A stretch of DNA of 64,000 nt from Lingula anatina. Taxonomy: Eukaryota > Animalia > Brachiopoda. Made by a program: the position numbers and the translations under genes. Below, one piece after another: positions 24,701 through 39,700 of this stretch (positions within the stretch are counted from its first letter, which is position 1; the number at the start of each line of letters is the position of its first letter). The stretch lies in NCBI GenBank assembly GCA_051362555.1, contig CM120640.1, positions 41,270,788-41,334,787 of the forward strand, in the 5' to 3' direction. Below the pieces are notes generated by a model. The model was given only the letters and a program-made list of their open reading frames with translations, was not told where the DNA came from and searched no databases.

Positions 24701-27700
24701 CTTTTGTGAAAAATTGTGAAGTAGTTTCCAGGTAGTCTTTGAAAAAAAAGAGTAGGCATTAAAAAATTAATAGTTACTTGTCTTGTTCTTATTTCTCTTT
24801 CATAGTAAAATGCACGCCCTCGCATCACCACAGTTATGCCGTCATGGATTCTTAACCCACTAAAATGGCCATTCTTTTTCACAGTACACTGGTTGGGTGT
24901 ACTTAACAGGAATTCCACCCATCTTCTGATGAAAGGAATTACAATAATACTTTCTGCAAGACTTGCCCGTTGTTTGTTTTTTTCTCCTGTCATCTGTAAC
25001 ATTTATTGATATGTCATCAGTGTCTGTCCCAACAGACAAAGTTGTCTTGGCAATTGAACCCATTTCTGCTAACAATTGGTAATTAGTATTCCTGCATTGT
25101 CTGTTGGAGGGGCCTGGAGTAAACTTGTAGCACCAGATAATGGAGATTACCATCCCCTGGTGGCCATCTCCAGACGTCTTAGAATGCCATAAGTTTGCCT
25201 TCATATTATAATGGGATTAGTCTTCCTCCCTGCCATTGGCCACTCCAATGTGTGTGTAATAAGTGAAGACACATCACATCTGATACTATGCTGTAATCAG
25301 TATTATCGGAGCATTCATTCTCGTTGGATGGGAGAATTGTAGAGCTGGAAAAAATGCAGCGTGCAAGTCCTTCCAGACATAGGTGTAAGGGGTGTAAGGT
25401 GGGTAAATTTGTGTATTTTGAAGTAACACTGTATCTTACAGATCAAAATGAACATAATGTTGACAGTATAACTAGATTGATTCTCAGTTCTGTCTGATAT
25501 CATCTGGCATATTCGTATTAACTGATATTAAACATTCAAAAGTCTTTTTTACCAGATAAAAGTTCAGTTTCATTTTAAATTTGAATTTTTCTCTTATCCT
25601 AAAATGTGACTTTCTTAGCTGTTAAGAATCTAGCAAACGAAAATGTAAAAGATGCTAAGTTTTTTTTTACTTGGCCTTAAAATACAATTGATGTACCTTC
25701 ACATATCTGAGGCACCTTTAGCACCTGGCATTCTGAGTGAGTTAATGGCAAAAAGGACCAGGAGCTGTTTATAAAATAAATAGGTATCTCTCAACCTAAA
25801 GAGCAGGATTCTTTTTCAGAACTGCTTCTGTTTGGTTGGTTATCCTGAGGTTAATGTTGTATATAAACCATTTGATCTCATCTTGGTTATTTTCACTTGA
25901 GCAAAAAATCTTAATATTGGACACGGGAAGAATGTGATTAAGTTTTTGCTACATTTCACTTAGCAGATATTTGTGGGATTGCAATTTTCAAACTATAGAA
26001 CTGTGAATTGGAAAGATTTAGTGCAAACATAAAGATGAAAATCAATATCGTAGAGAATGTTCCATTTAGTCGTAGAGTTTCTTGTTAGCTGTGTGTTCTT
26101 CAGAAGTGCCACTTGAAGATTTATGCATTGCACTGTCTGCAGTAATTTTGATTTTCAGAATGACAGAAATTACAAGTTCCTGGTAAGTCCATCTATCTTG
26201 GAAAGGTTAGGGATGTCAATAAATACCATTACCTGTATATTAATTGCTGTGCAGATGTGGGGTAATGAAAACATTAAATCCCTTTCTGGCAGCAACCTAT
26301 GCAGTTTTCACCAATGTGCCATGTCAGAAAATGCTCAAGCAAATGCATTGCCATCACAGTTAATGGGAACACATATGAAATAAAAAAATTAAAAGACATT
26401 TTGTAACAGTTAGTGTGACATTAACTACATAATATTTAATATTTCAAAGCAAGATATATGATATCCAACTATACTATCATGAGTAAATTGAAATAGGGTC
26501 CATGTATGGTGCCATCTGAATAATGTCACATGTAGCAGGTGTTGCTTCTGAATGACTTTATCAGAGGCGTTACCATGTCTTTATCAGAAGGGTAACCATC
26601 ATCAAACGTGTTCCATTGTCTTAATCAGATGTGTAACCATCATTATTTGTGTTACCATGACCTAATTAGAGTTGTTACCATCATCTAAAATATCACTGTG
26701 AACTGTTAAATGATAATGACCATTACTTAATCAGAGGTCCAGTGTTATTGTAATCTCCTCAGAGTTGTTACCTGGAATTCGTCAGAGTTTTTAACCATTG
26801 TTTCATCAAGCTATGAGTTTACAAAACATTTACTTCATGCTGCAGAGATGCCTTTTCTTTGATTAAGCCACAGGATGTTATAAAATACTAACCACATGAA
26901 ACCCATTATCCCAGTTTGGAGCCATTAATGTAGCATTGCATGAAAGGATGATTTTATTTTGTTAGACACATCTAAAACATTTTTAGGTAAAATGCATTAT
27001 GTTTAGATATACAATATACTTTTGTAGCTTGAGTAATTTTACACTGTTTGTAGAATACCAAATACAGGTTCTTGCAAAAATGTGTAAGTTTACAGTAAGA
27101 CAATTAGTGTTGCCTTCCCAACCATCTCCTTAATGTTTGCCTGCATTTAAGTGAATAATCTAGAAATAATATCACTCAATTTTCACACATAACAAAAATG
27201 CGACATGTGTTGCTCAGTTCGTATGGTAATATTTCATGTTAGATGATCACTAATAGCAAGCAATTGTGGCACTTTCCACCTGCTGCTCTCTCAGAGTTTG
27301 ATGTGTGTAGTTTTCCTGTCAGGATGGCCACCATCAGGTTGGTTGCCTAACTCACCAGAAGACCATTGTATTATTCAGAGGAAACTGCTATGTATTAGGT
27401 AGTTCTCAGGTTAGGTGTCCTCTTTGGGATTGTTTTACTTGGAGGGAGATGGTAATAAGATGATTCTGATGGTAATGATGAACATTTGTCTGTATTTTTG
27501 GATTGGGAATTGAATCTGTTGCCAGCTGGGAATTGATTCCTTTGCCCCATGTTTTGGGCTCAATATACAAGTTGATATAGTCAGTTTACTACGTTGGCAA
27601 CCCCAGAAGTTGAATGAAGGAGAAGGATAGTTTACAAGTTCACATATTCTGAGTGTCAGTGTACATTCACAATGGGATATGGAGAGACATGAAATTCTGG

Positions 27701-30700
27701 ATGTGTGAAGGGCCTTCATCCATCATTTCATGAGAAGATGCATTGTTGCTGCTATTCTGGCAACAGTTTTAATGATTAATGCCCGTTGTACCGGCTGCCT
27801 GTTATTCTCTAAGACTTAAACAACCAGCCACATCTTCCAGTGTTGGAATATGATTAGAAGAGCCGTTCAGTGTCACGTTGCAGTTGAGAATTGAGAGGAA
27901 ATACTTAAAACAGGTGTTGATATCTAACCACAGTGTGTGTAACAAACAGGGGGTTATTCAGGTGGGTTTTCGTTGACAATGAAAAAAAACACACGAAGGC
28001 ATGCAGCAGTATCACTTATCACCATAAGTGAAGCCAAGTGGAACAATGTTGATGTCAAGATTAAATAGTGGTTTTGAAAAAAAGGAATTTAAATACATTT
28101 TGATTTAACATTATGTTAAGCAGACCAAGGAAATGAGTCATGTGAACTGAATGGTTTAAACAAACAGTTGCTGTAAGTCTAGACAGCAAGGTTTCAGTTG
28201 AAACTGGAGTCTTTTTTTTTTCCTTGGTAGGGGCAACATGATTTGACATTACATTGAAGTTTGTCCACTGTATATGCAGCTGCAGAGGATGGTTTACTTG
28301 GTATTAGACTCATATACGGAGTGTATACATTTGTACAATTTTCCAGAAAACATGTAAGGAAGGTCATTTGTAATAGTTGGGAAGTTTGAATTTTACTATA
28401 TTGTATCAGATTATAAGCTTCAGGATAACATATTGGTATCTTTTTATTTTAGGCAGTAGAATGTGAAGTGGACCAGTGGAAAAAGAGTGTGACAACTTTG
28501 AACTCCATGGCAAACAAACTCGTGGAGGACTACAGCAAAGACAACACAAATAAGATAAAAATGAATATTGACAGAATCAATGCAAGGTGGCAGCACTTAC
28601 TGTCAAGGTGAGTGTGAACTGCTAACTAGTCTTCTGTGACCCTTAATCTACATATCTTTTAAGGTGATATCTGTTGAGTTTAACATATAAAAACAAGTTA
28701 GATGCTTTCATGTATTAGTGTGGTCACCTTAAAGGATATGTCACTGGGACATTCAAATTAATTTCAAAGCAAGAAAAAATGTCCGCAAGCAGTTGTCAAA
28801 CCACCACTAGGTGGCAGGAGGGTGACAGATGCCTTCTTCTGATTTGGATTTTATTGTAGACATTCTTCCCAAAAGGCAGATAACAAGATAGCGTGAGTTG
28901 TCTGATTTCCCATGTTTTGGTGATGATAACATTATTATGAAATAATAGCATCTGAAAAAAATTGGATGTTATGGCTGAAGGATACATGTTCTGAAAATAG
29001 TTGAAAGAACAATCTGTACAATTGCATTGACTGTACTGACTAGCAGCAATCAACTTCTAAACACTTGACTCATTGCCTTTTGGCCAAAGTTATATGATAC
29101 ACATCTAGTTTTTTCATTTTAATATTATTTTAATATTATCGCACTGCACTCATTTACTTTTTGATTGGGTTTTTTTGTTTATAACTGCAATATTGTTTTG
29201 AAACACCTCTTTTTTTGAAAAAATAATTAAGGGGTATTAAGACCATTGAAATCAGGCATAGATGAATAAAGTGAGATTTTAGTTCCTTCTTTGTCTACAA
29301 ATCCAAAGGGTAATATGAGGTATAAAAGTATTGCAGCTGGTGGCATAAACCATTCTGTATTTATGACATCTGGGGAAAGAACAGGTAATGAGCCTGTAAG
29401 TTATTACCTGCAGGAACTTCGTCTTGTAAAACAGCACAAATTTACCTTCGAAAAAGCTGGTCAGAAATATTAATGGAAATAATATGTGGGTGGTCTGAGA
29501 TCTAATGGGTTTTTTTCAGTTCAAGCAGCACAGAGCTAAAAACAGCTGTATATGTAATGCTGGGTCAATAAAGCATGAAAAGCAGAGAGGGAATTAGCTT
29601 GTTGAAAAAAAATCATGGAAATTATCAAATTAAAAGGTCTGGCTTTTTTCATTTATAAAAAGAGATGAATTACTGGCATTGGTACAGTAGGGCTTGTGTA
29701 TAATGTGATCTTGTATCTCAACTACAGCACTCAATGAAATGGGCCTACACATTCTTTTTCCTTTTTCAATATTAAATAAATTGTTCTCTGTGGAACAAAG
29801 AAATGACTTGGGGTTAACTAAGGGGCTAAATGATTATTTAATAAAGATAATAGTCCCCTGTTGGTTAGCTGTCCTTTATTCATAAAAATCAAGTTTCATT
29901 TGTTCCAAGTGGCAATCTTCCGTATTCCCCAATCCCTGACTGCTTTGATGGCCTGTGATCTCCACTTGTAGTTGCTCCAAGGCAGGCTCATTAACCTGGT
30001 CTGATATTGATTTCTTTAAAGTACAGGTCCATTAGATTCCAATACTAGACAAATTAGCTGAGTGCTTTGTCAGCTCTTACTGTTGCATGGCTATCACCTC
30101 TGTATTGGAGTGTGCTGTTCAGAGCCAAGCATCATCTTGCAAGGCTTGTCTTCCCTTTACAGATAATTTATTTCCTTCCCCCACCTTTCTATTTGAATAA
30201 TGAAAAGACATTTGATTATTGCAGCTACTTAATCACTTAATTGAATAGTGTCATCCTTTTATACCATGCTACCTTAACCCTGTAAGAGCTCATAAAATCT
30301 TTGTAACAAAATTTTCAGACAGGCTTATTTAAGTTGTACCTTGATAAGGTAAATTGAGCATAGTGATTACATAACATCTTTGCCCCCATGGGATCATGGG
30401 CCTCAATATAAGATCATTACCTATATTAAATTGTTCCACCTCTCTGAACCCAAACTTTATACATTATCAGAACATACAGATGTCGTGCTGTCTTTCTAGG
30501 CTGGAAACTCGAGGCAGGTCTCTCCAGGCGGTTCAGGCTACACAGCAACACTTCGATACAGCACTAGACCAGTATTTTATCTTCTTGGCACAGTCGGAAT
30601 CGCGCCTGGCTGGACTTGATGAGCTTACTGCTGCAGACGGGGCACTGGAAGATGTGGACGAGGTGCGGGTGTGGGCAGAGAGATACCAGGTATGCCTTAA

Positions 30701-33700
30701 CTGTTTTGACTTTCCCCTATATGTGTTCATAAGCAAACCTAAAAACTTGGTAAGCCTTTATTTTATATGTATGTGCTATGGTCATCACTTATTCATGATT
30801 ATATATGTTTGCGCAGTTTTTCATACTGTTATGTATTGTGTGTGTGTGTGATATGTTATTGGATCTACTTACAAACTTTTTCAGGTTTGCTAACTTCATT
30901 GTATGCTCCACATTTTCATTATCAATTTCCATTGCTTTCAGATCTGCACATTTTAAAAATTGCAGTGTGGACAATCCTCAATGTTTTTCCTGTTTCTTCA
31001 TAAATTTAGTAGCTTTTAATTCTAAATTCCCTGAAATTTGCTGATACATTTATCTAATTAAGATATTTTTCATTTTCTGATTGTCCACTTTGAGGCCTTC
31101 ATTTCCCCAGAGTATAGAAAATTGATATTGATTATTGTCTGATAAGGCAATGAGCAGGCAAAAGAGAGAGATTTTTAGAGAGATCTGCTAACTTTTGTTG
31201 TTAAGACACTACTAGTTATCAATCTTCAAAGGGTTCTTGAGTAGTAGGTTTTCCCCCATGATGGTCAATGTTATTTTGGTCATAGGTTTAGTGACTGGTT
31301 TGTTTTAGGCTTGGGTGTATACACAGCGTTCTTTAAGCAAGTCTCTTTTTGCTGGTAAAAAAATTGAGACATGGTTTAATTGGGCTTTGCTTGTCCTGAA
31401 AAATGCAAATTCATCTATGTAGAAGATAAATCCATCATATATATATGTTATAGAATATTTTTTGTCAAAAAGGGAAAATTATGTGTTGCCCAGAGCTTTT
31501 TACCTTTTTTTCTGGGTATTTCTGTCAAAGAAAATTCCATCTTGTGCTGACCAATTGATTGCCTCTTGAGAACTGTCTTCCAAAGTGATAAGATGAACGA
31601 TAACAGGCCAATCACTCTTAGGTGTTTTGTTGCCATGATAAAAGTGAAACAAATGAAACATACTTGCATCCAGAACAAAAAGTATTGTATTTTTTTATAA
31701 ATTGGGTTATAAATTTTATTCATTTTGATATATTTCATGTTTTCTGTTGTCCATTAAATCAGCAGATGAATTGAGATGTAAGTACTTAAAGGAAACTGCA
31801 TGAAATGCCGTTTGAGAGCATCTCTGGCTTGAATAGTCTGCTGGGTATTAAGAAGGCCTTGTGGAATGAAAGCAAGTGGGAGTTATTAAGTTTAGATGCT
31901 GCTGCAGAAAATTAGTTTTCAAATGTCAACTGAAAGGTAAGTTGTTCAATCTAGAGATAATCCAGCAACAGCTGAGCTTGGAAATGTGTCTTGTCAGTGT
32001 GGGTGACAACAGATGAGACTAGGTTGACATTTAACCAGTGTATTATTGGGTTCCAAGCTCGATGCTATGAGGTAGGGATGATCTACTGTCTGATTACTTT
32101 TTACATGTCTCTCAATGCTGACACCTCTGATGATCCTGGTGCCCTGATGTCAGACTATAGATGCAGTCATAGATAGAAGATGGAGTAGATGTGAACAAGA
32201 GAACCAAGTGGCAAAAGTTTTAAGTAGACTGTACTTGAGAATGAGGAGACAAACACGTTGCTTAGAGGACTTCCGCAGCAACATGATTGATAACACTACC
32301 TTAATTGCAAGTCACACTGGTTGGGCCTAATCCTCTGTTGGTAAATGAAACATTTCTAACAGAGAATAATTCTGTATTCAGTCAACCACTAGTGTTACAA
32401 GGTGTATGTCCCATGCAAAAGTACTTCTCAAGACATAAACTATGACAAGATCAATTGCTTCCTCGTCATCTCTACTCACATTAGGTGCATCTTCTATGAT
32501 TACTGCAGAGAAAGACAATTTCTGAGATTCATCAGACAGATTGCTTATCAAAAAACTGCCTCTGATCTGCTCAGGATTTCCATTAATTTTCATTTAATAT
32601 CAGTGAAATTACCAGGACCTGGATTGACTTGCCAATGAACAGTTTAACCAGATTGGAAATATATTGCACAGAAAACAGTATTTAGCATGGCCATAATGAA
32701 ACTTAGACCAAGATTGATGATCGAAGACTGCCCAACATCCATAATCCTATAAAATCTTAGTTGTGATTGGAAGTTGCATTAATAGGTGTGAGAGGCACAG
32801 TCTTTACTTGTCATAGTGGTAGACAAGCAATTAGTTTAGTAGCCCACTCTGCTGGGATGTATATAAATCCTACTGTCAGGAACAGTATGCTGTAATAAGT
32901 ACTTGATGCAGGCCATGATAACTCTTGTGCTGAAGATAGCTTAACAGCATCTCCCATAGAACGCACATGGTTTCCTTGGCAACAGCCAATAATGCATCAA
33001 AGGATGAAATTCTAAATTGAGTCGGTTTGTCCATATTATTACAGTCAGAAGATCATCCCAGGAAATACTACCCTATCTCTCAAAGGCACACAATACACTT
33101 AGGTTTTTCTCCTGTGGACAGGCTTCCGTGACTGCAAGCGCTTTTGATGCTCTTCATAAATACAGCGGAAGGGATGATCTTATTACAAGGTCTCTGTTGT
33201 GTATAGACAGTCAGTTTTCAGCAGTTGTAATGCTTGATCTTTATTGAATGCCAAAGTGGGTCCTCAAAGGAATCAATCAGTTTGCCGAGGGGTACCAAAG
33301 TGAAGGGTCAATCTGGATAGACATGGCGGAAGGTTTAGAGGTGCTCGAAGACATATACTGGTCAGAACAGAAGATAGCTCAGGTAGTGACATACAGTAAG
33401 TTGCGTGCAAGTAAATCTTAGAATGAAAGATTAAGAAATCTGACAAAGTTTTTGTGAATCCAAGAGAAAATTGCATTTTTAGTGCAATGACCCATCTCCG
33501 TTATCAGAAGTGTAGTACTCCGTCAGACAATTATTTGCCAATGTACTTTTTTATTTCTTAGTCAGATAGCATAAGAGAGATCAGATGTCAGAAATCTTTG
33601 CATGTTCTCTGCATGCAGTATGTTGTGTATTGATTGATCTAAAAGAATCTACAGCAGCAATCCAGCATGCTATTTCTAAATGGTGCTACATCTAATCACA

Positions 33701-36700
33701 TTTGTCCACAAATATGTTCTTTGCAAAAGTGTATTGATATTGCTTTGAACCATGTAAACCCAGGGAGGATTTGAATGAGGAAGGAAAAATTGTTCAATGA
33801 CCCTGATGTCATTATAACGGTGACTAAAGATTTTTCTTATGAAAACCGTATTGTTACCCATGAAACTGATTCCAGAAAAAGAATGTTTGAACATCCTCAC
33901 TTCACCAAGTTTCCTTGGAGGGGAAATAAAATGCTTTAACCCAGTGACCAGGAAATGGAAGAATTGTGTCTGTTTTCTAATGCTTCTAGAAGATAGTCTG
34001 GCAAGTCTGTTTCTTGCCCATTGTTGTGATAGCTCATCTATATAGCAGTAGACAGTGTATTCTTTATGTTTTGGAAAAAGTTCAAGAATTAGAATGTCAG
34101 AAGTATTTATTTTCAATTCAATTTATTTATGTGCTGGTACATAGATCATCATGATCTTGTACAATATAAACAACAATGAACAAATATTTCTTTATATAAT
34201 GGACAGATGTACTAGATAATTTACTAATTTTAAAGTATTTAAACTAAGTGGGGAGGCAGACAGAGAAATAGACATATACCAGTACAGCAGGGATTCATGA
34301 ATAATTTTACTTCTCCCCCCCCCCTTTCCCACTTATTTGAAGAGTGTAACGGAATTATTTTATCGATATGTGTATAAAATCTTGTTCAGTCTTTTCACAT
34401 TGTGTTCTGTCACATGCATTATAACTTGGCACATGGCATGTTGTTCTAATGCATGACACAAAAGTTCTTTCAGAAAGTGTTTTGCTAGAATTATGGAGTA
34501 GAAGCTTCTCATGGATTCTTATAAGAGATTGCAAATGGGCCATCTTGACATAAGCCATATACTTTTTGAGGGCTCAAAGATCAACTCGTTGAATATAATT
34601 TTCCTCGATAACTTTAGTAAGAATTATATCTGACCCTTTGTCCAATTCTTTGCCATGATGTTGAGATGTTTCCAACATATTTGTCTGTCCATTAAGACTT
34701 CACCTTAAAACTTCATCTAATCATCGTTTCCTATTTATGTCCAGGAATTGGGGAGGGGGGGGATCCATATTTTCTATGGTGTTGGTTGTTTTACTTTTCA
34801 CACATTCCAACCAAAGTTTTTACATGTAGTTAGGCCATGAAATATCTTGTCCAAGTTCTGTTGATGGGGCCCATGGTCTAGGTTCAGAAGTTATGGACGT
34901 TCTGTTTTGTCTGAGGGTAGGTCACTGAGGTAGAGGGTCACTAGTTTCTGACCAAGTCCCCATTTAAGCATCAGGTCAGATTTCCTCACCCCAATTGTGA
35001 AATCTATAAAATATTGCCCTGAGGTCAAGCATACAGTTTTTCTGCGAGTATTCTTCTTCCAAGTTTTCATAATATCGCCCTTTGTTGGCTAGATCAACAA
35101 TGGTTGGAAGAGTAAGGCAGCTCATTTTACTGCCACCAATGCTTCATTACTTGCTGTCAATGGCCCTATGCTAGAAATGCTATTTTCATTTCTATTCAAA
35201 GGGTGCTAAGGGTATTTTTGAGTAAAATAGCAAGACAAATATGTGCCAGACTTGTCTACACTCTGTAGGAATGTGATCCCTGTTAGTCTGTATATGTGAT
35301 TTGATCTTCACCCTGCCCCAGACACGTCTGTACGCACAGGAGACAAGACACGGAAGATGTCGGTAAGGGGTGACACGTCTTTTCTTGTTTAGTACTAGTG
35401 AAAATTAAGGAAACTGACAAAGGTGATGCGTGGACAAGATTCTTTACAGTGTAAATTATTTTGGCAAATTTTTAACGATTCTTGCCCAAGAAAAGTCATG
35501 TAAATAGACTGCTGTCTTTTTGCTCTTTTTTAGTTGCATCACATTTGACAGTTAATTATCTGATGTGTTTGATAATAAGCCTATAAGAAAACTCTAGTAG
35601 CCAAGGGAGAAAGACTATTTGATTTTACAAGGAATAATGTTTCATATATGATGATTTCAATTGGCAAAACATTCGGAACTACTGAAAGATGATACACCTC
35701 TGAAAAGTTGATAGTGATTATCGAGTTGAAGAAGCTGTCAGTAAAACAGAAAAAAATGGATCTTTGAAACACAGGAAATGAATTTCAAAAAGATTTGTCA
35801 TGAAAGATCACATGAATCCTTAGAAAGTGAAACAGTTTGACGGAGCAGAAGTGCTTATGATGAGCAAGTCAAGTCGCATGTCATCTACAACTTGATGGCA
35901 GCCATTGTCATTAGACATCTCCTGAAATGATGATAGCTTTCAGCTTTGACTTGGTGACTTTTTGCCTTTGTAAGCCTGCCTTGGAAGCTGTTGATTCTCT
36001 TTTACATTTTTGGCTGATGAAAGAAACCTCATCAGATAGCAGGCTTATCGGACTTACCATATTGAATTGACAGAGTATTAGGCCTGGAATAAACTGAAGA
36101 TTTGTCATTAAAGAAAAAGGGAAAGTACATGTTCTATTGAAATGCTCAATCATTATAGCCTTCATCAGTTCCTGTTATGAGGGAGACTTTATTGAAGATC
36201 ACTTAAGATACAGAAAGAAACCTTTGAAGTGATCAATAAAAAAAAAAATTACAGGAAAATTCACCCGCCCTCTTGTTTGGAATCCCTTTCTGCAAGATTA
36301 TGCATTTTAGATGCCCTATCATCATGTATAATACTTTGAACTATACAAATAGAAAAACTTTGATATTGTGAATTTTGCAATTTATTAATGCCTGAAATAG
36401 TTTGAGACTGCTGTTGATGCATTAAATATTCATGCTTTGGATGAAAACCATATGAAATTCTGCTGGTGAGAGGTTGCATGCCTTCAGCTTCTTTTTTACT
36501 CAAACTCAGAATCCATTAACTAAAATGAACAGCAAATATTGTAATTAATACTGTTTTCTTGAGCACCATTAGAACAGTCCATTAGTCTCAAGGAAGTGAA
36601 TTTACATTTTAAAAGACCATTGTATTACTGAATTTCCTTTATAGTGAACTGCGTATTTCATTATATCAAGGCTGTTTTTTAAGATAGCAACAGATGGTCA

Positions 36701-39700
36701 TTACTTATCAAATGAAGGACATAATTTTGTTTGGGTGGATGGGGGGGGGGGGGGGGGTTGGAATCGAATGAAGGAAATAATTTTGTTTGGGTGGAGGGGG
36801 GGGAGGGAGTTGGAATGAAAGGAAGTACACAATTTTGAGTAAAGTAGAAATAATAACTTTTTGTCATCTTTTATATTATTTTGTTAGTATAGTTTGCAAT
36901 GCAAGTGTTAGATAATAATTATGTAGAGCAGCATAAAAAACAAGCGAGTCCTTTCGTGTCAAATTTGATAATGAGTGAGACATTTGTAAGATTTAATTTC
37001 AGTCTGGTTGTGTATACAAACTACATTTATATCACACTAGTCATTAAATTGGAACTTTCCCAATTCTCCTGAGTGTTGCAGCCTGTGTACCTATGTGATA
37101 GAGTGTAATAGTACTACATCAAGGGAAGAGTGGATGCATTATTTACATGTACTTGGTTAAAGAGATTCCATGCATTTAATGCTGTTATGAAACAAGGTCT
37201 TTAGCACCTCCTCTATTCCTGTGTAATTGGCTGCTCACCTGGTGCTACGTGGAAACCAGAGCTGTGAACAGTTGCCTTTCCTGTGTCTGTTACCTACATC
37301 AAAGGTGTGGAGATTATTCCAGCATGTTAGGCAGCATACTATGCACCACCCAGTAAACTTAAGTTTCCTGTGTCAGGTCTTAAAGTTACAGTTTGAAACT
37401 AATGTTGTGATTTATTGCCCTTCCCCCACTTGTGATATTTTAATTCTATGATTTAGTGTGACTTGACATGGTGTGGCTTATGTAAATAATATTGTGTTTA
37501 TTCAGTCCTGAAACCATTTTACTTCCAAGTATTTTTTCCCTTGGAAGGAGCTCCCCATAAAAAAGATACACTATAGCCCTATACATCATAGCAGAAGATT
37601 GACTAGGCCACTTTAAAATGTTGAGTTATGGTTCAAACCTGGAGTTTTATCATAAAGGTTATATGCACTCCCACATACATCGTCCATCGACATACCTGGG
37701 AGCATTAATTTAGTGAGAACAGGAAAATTGTTTTAATGAGTCTCCTTCACAAATCTGTTGTGGTCTGTTGCTCTGTGTTTTTAAACTGTTTAACAGCATA
37801 TGGACAAGCTTCTTTTTTCCATAAGTGTGAGCTGACCTTTCTCAATGAAAAGTCAGATTTCTTCAGCATACAAATAGACTAATTTGGTCCTTGCTGAGTA
37901 GGCATGCCAAAGATCCTTTGCAAGTTTTTCCACATTTTTGATCAGAGCCTACAGCAATAGTATAGGGGCAAGCTGGCCTGGCAGTACAGTTAACTGTCAT
38001 TATAGTTTTCGCTGCCTCATCAAGGTGCTGCTCACTCTTTTTATTCAAGGGAAAGATTAGGATCAAAGGCTGTTGATGCTAATAAGGAATGGTGGAGATT
38101 GTTGGCCAGAAGTTCTTCACCTTCTAAACATTATAGCTAGTGCATGGCTTAGGCTGAAGTTCTGCCCAGGTATAATGGACCCAGGATTGCTGTGCTCCCT
38201 GCTGTCTGGCTGATGTGTTATGTACATCAGAAAGTGACAGAGTGCAAGGGGGTTAAGAATAGCCACAAGGATGGTGTTTACCGCGTGCAGGAAACATTTC
38301 CTCTGCTGGCTCTCTCTTGGTAAAGATGGACACTTGGGTCAATGCAGGTGATCAGAGGAGTTAGTTGATTGGATTGTTTTTTTTCCCTGGATTTTGTCGT
38401 ACAAAATAGAGTCTCACAAGATTGTCAGAGGAGTTGATTTCTCTCCAGCCATGATTGGCCTGATGCTGAATCTGCAGGAAGAACTGCAAAGGTTTGAGCA
38501 GGTACTCAAATTTTTAGGGTCTTTTTGAAGATTTTTCTTTATAGATTTACTGTTCAAGTTGAGTTGTATATGGGAGAAGCTTTTTATTTAAGATAAAGAG
38601 GTTATTTTTCAATTGATTTTGTTTGAGCATATCAGCTTGCAAATATCTCACACAATTTTTGTAAATTTTAAGTATATTGAGACAAGCTGCTGAAAAACTT
38701 GAAGCTGATGAAAGTTTTTGCATGTATTAAGAGGCCAAAAAAGATCCCATATCTTCAGGCTAGTTTCCCTGTTTCATTAAAGGTGCAATATATATAACAG
38801 TTCTGTTGCTTTCAACTCTCTTTTTGCTGAGTTTTTACAAGCCCACATTCAAAATATAATATTGCATTTCTAGAATTATTTATGTGCCACATTCAAACAT
38901 TTGAATATAGGGGTTAGGTCATACAGTATGGTGAACAGTTAATATTTTATAGCTGATGTTGACACTGAATCTGGCAGTTTAATTGCATGAATTTAATACA
39001 TAGGGCATGCAGATAAATTACTTGAATTTAACGATGGGCTAAAGTTCAGTGATTCAAGGCTACACCTTCAAAGGTGCCATGATGTCGGATTTTTGTCCTA
39101 ACATTCTCCATGTGTCTGGTCATTGAGACTGTAAAATTAGCGATTTCAGATTAGGAAGTGGTTGAAAGCACTATTGGTTTTCTACTATTTGTATCCATTT
39201 ATCTTGGTGTCCCATCTAACCTTTAAACTAAGGTCTATTTTTAGTCCTGTTTGAGAGGAAAGGAAAGGCAAAAAGATCTATCACCTGTCCAAGAGGCTTA
39301 GCCTCTCTGATCATCACTTACAAAAACTACATTACTGAGAAATCCTACAAAATGTCTTTATTTGTAACTCAAATGCATCTGTTTGGAAAAATATGTCCCA
39401 AAGGATGTTGCCTCCTAATTGATTAGTGTTAATTTTAATCTCTGTGATGTTGCTTTAATGATGCGTGCAGGAAACAAAGCATTTAATGAGATCCAAGGCT
39501 TTGATATTTACCTGTAGTTTTTATTTTGCAATTTGCGAATTAAGCTTCAAGGGGATTTCTGTGCAGTGGCTTGTATATGCTGGTTGACCTCTGGCTAAAG
39601 GGGAGTAGATTTGTTCTTTGATATAGTAGACAAAAATTTACTGTCATGATACCTAAAGCAATCCCTGTGAAACTTATGTGCATATTACAGTGATTCTTAT

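Noticed and set aside
24625-25204. Two overlapping minus-strand ORFs of 125 and 114 aa in intron 53, possible nested gene
   Set aside because: No recognisable domain, non-matching frames, and no convincing splice or polyA structure.
33676-34116. 146-aa minus-strand ORF in intron 55
   Set aside because: Non-ATG start, composition like translated intron, no recognisable family.
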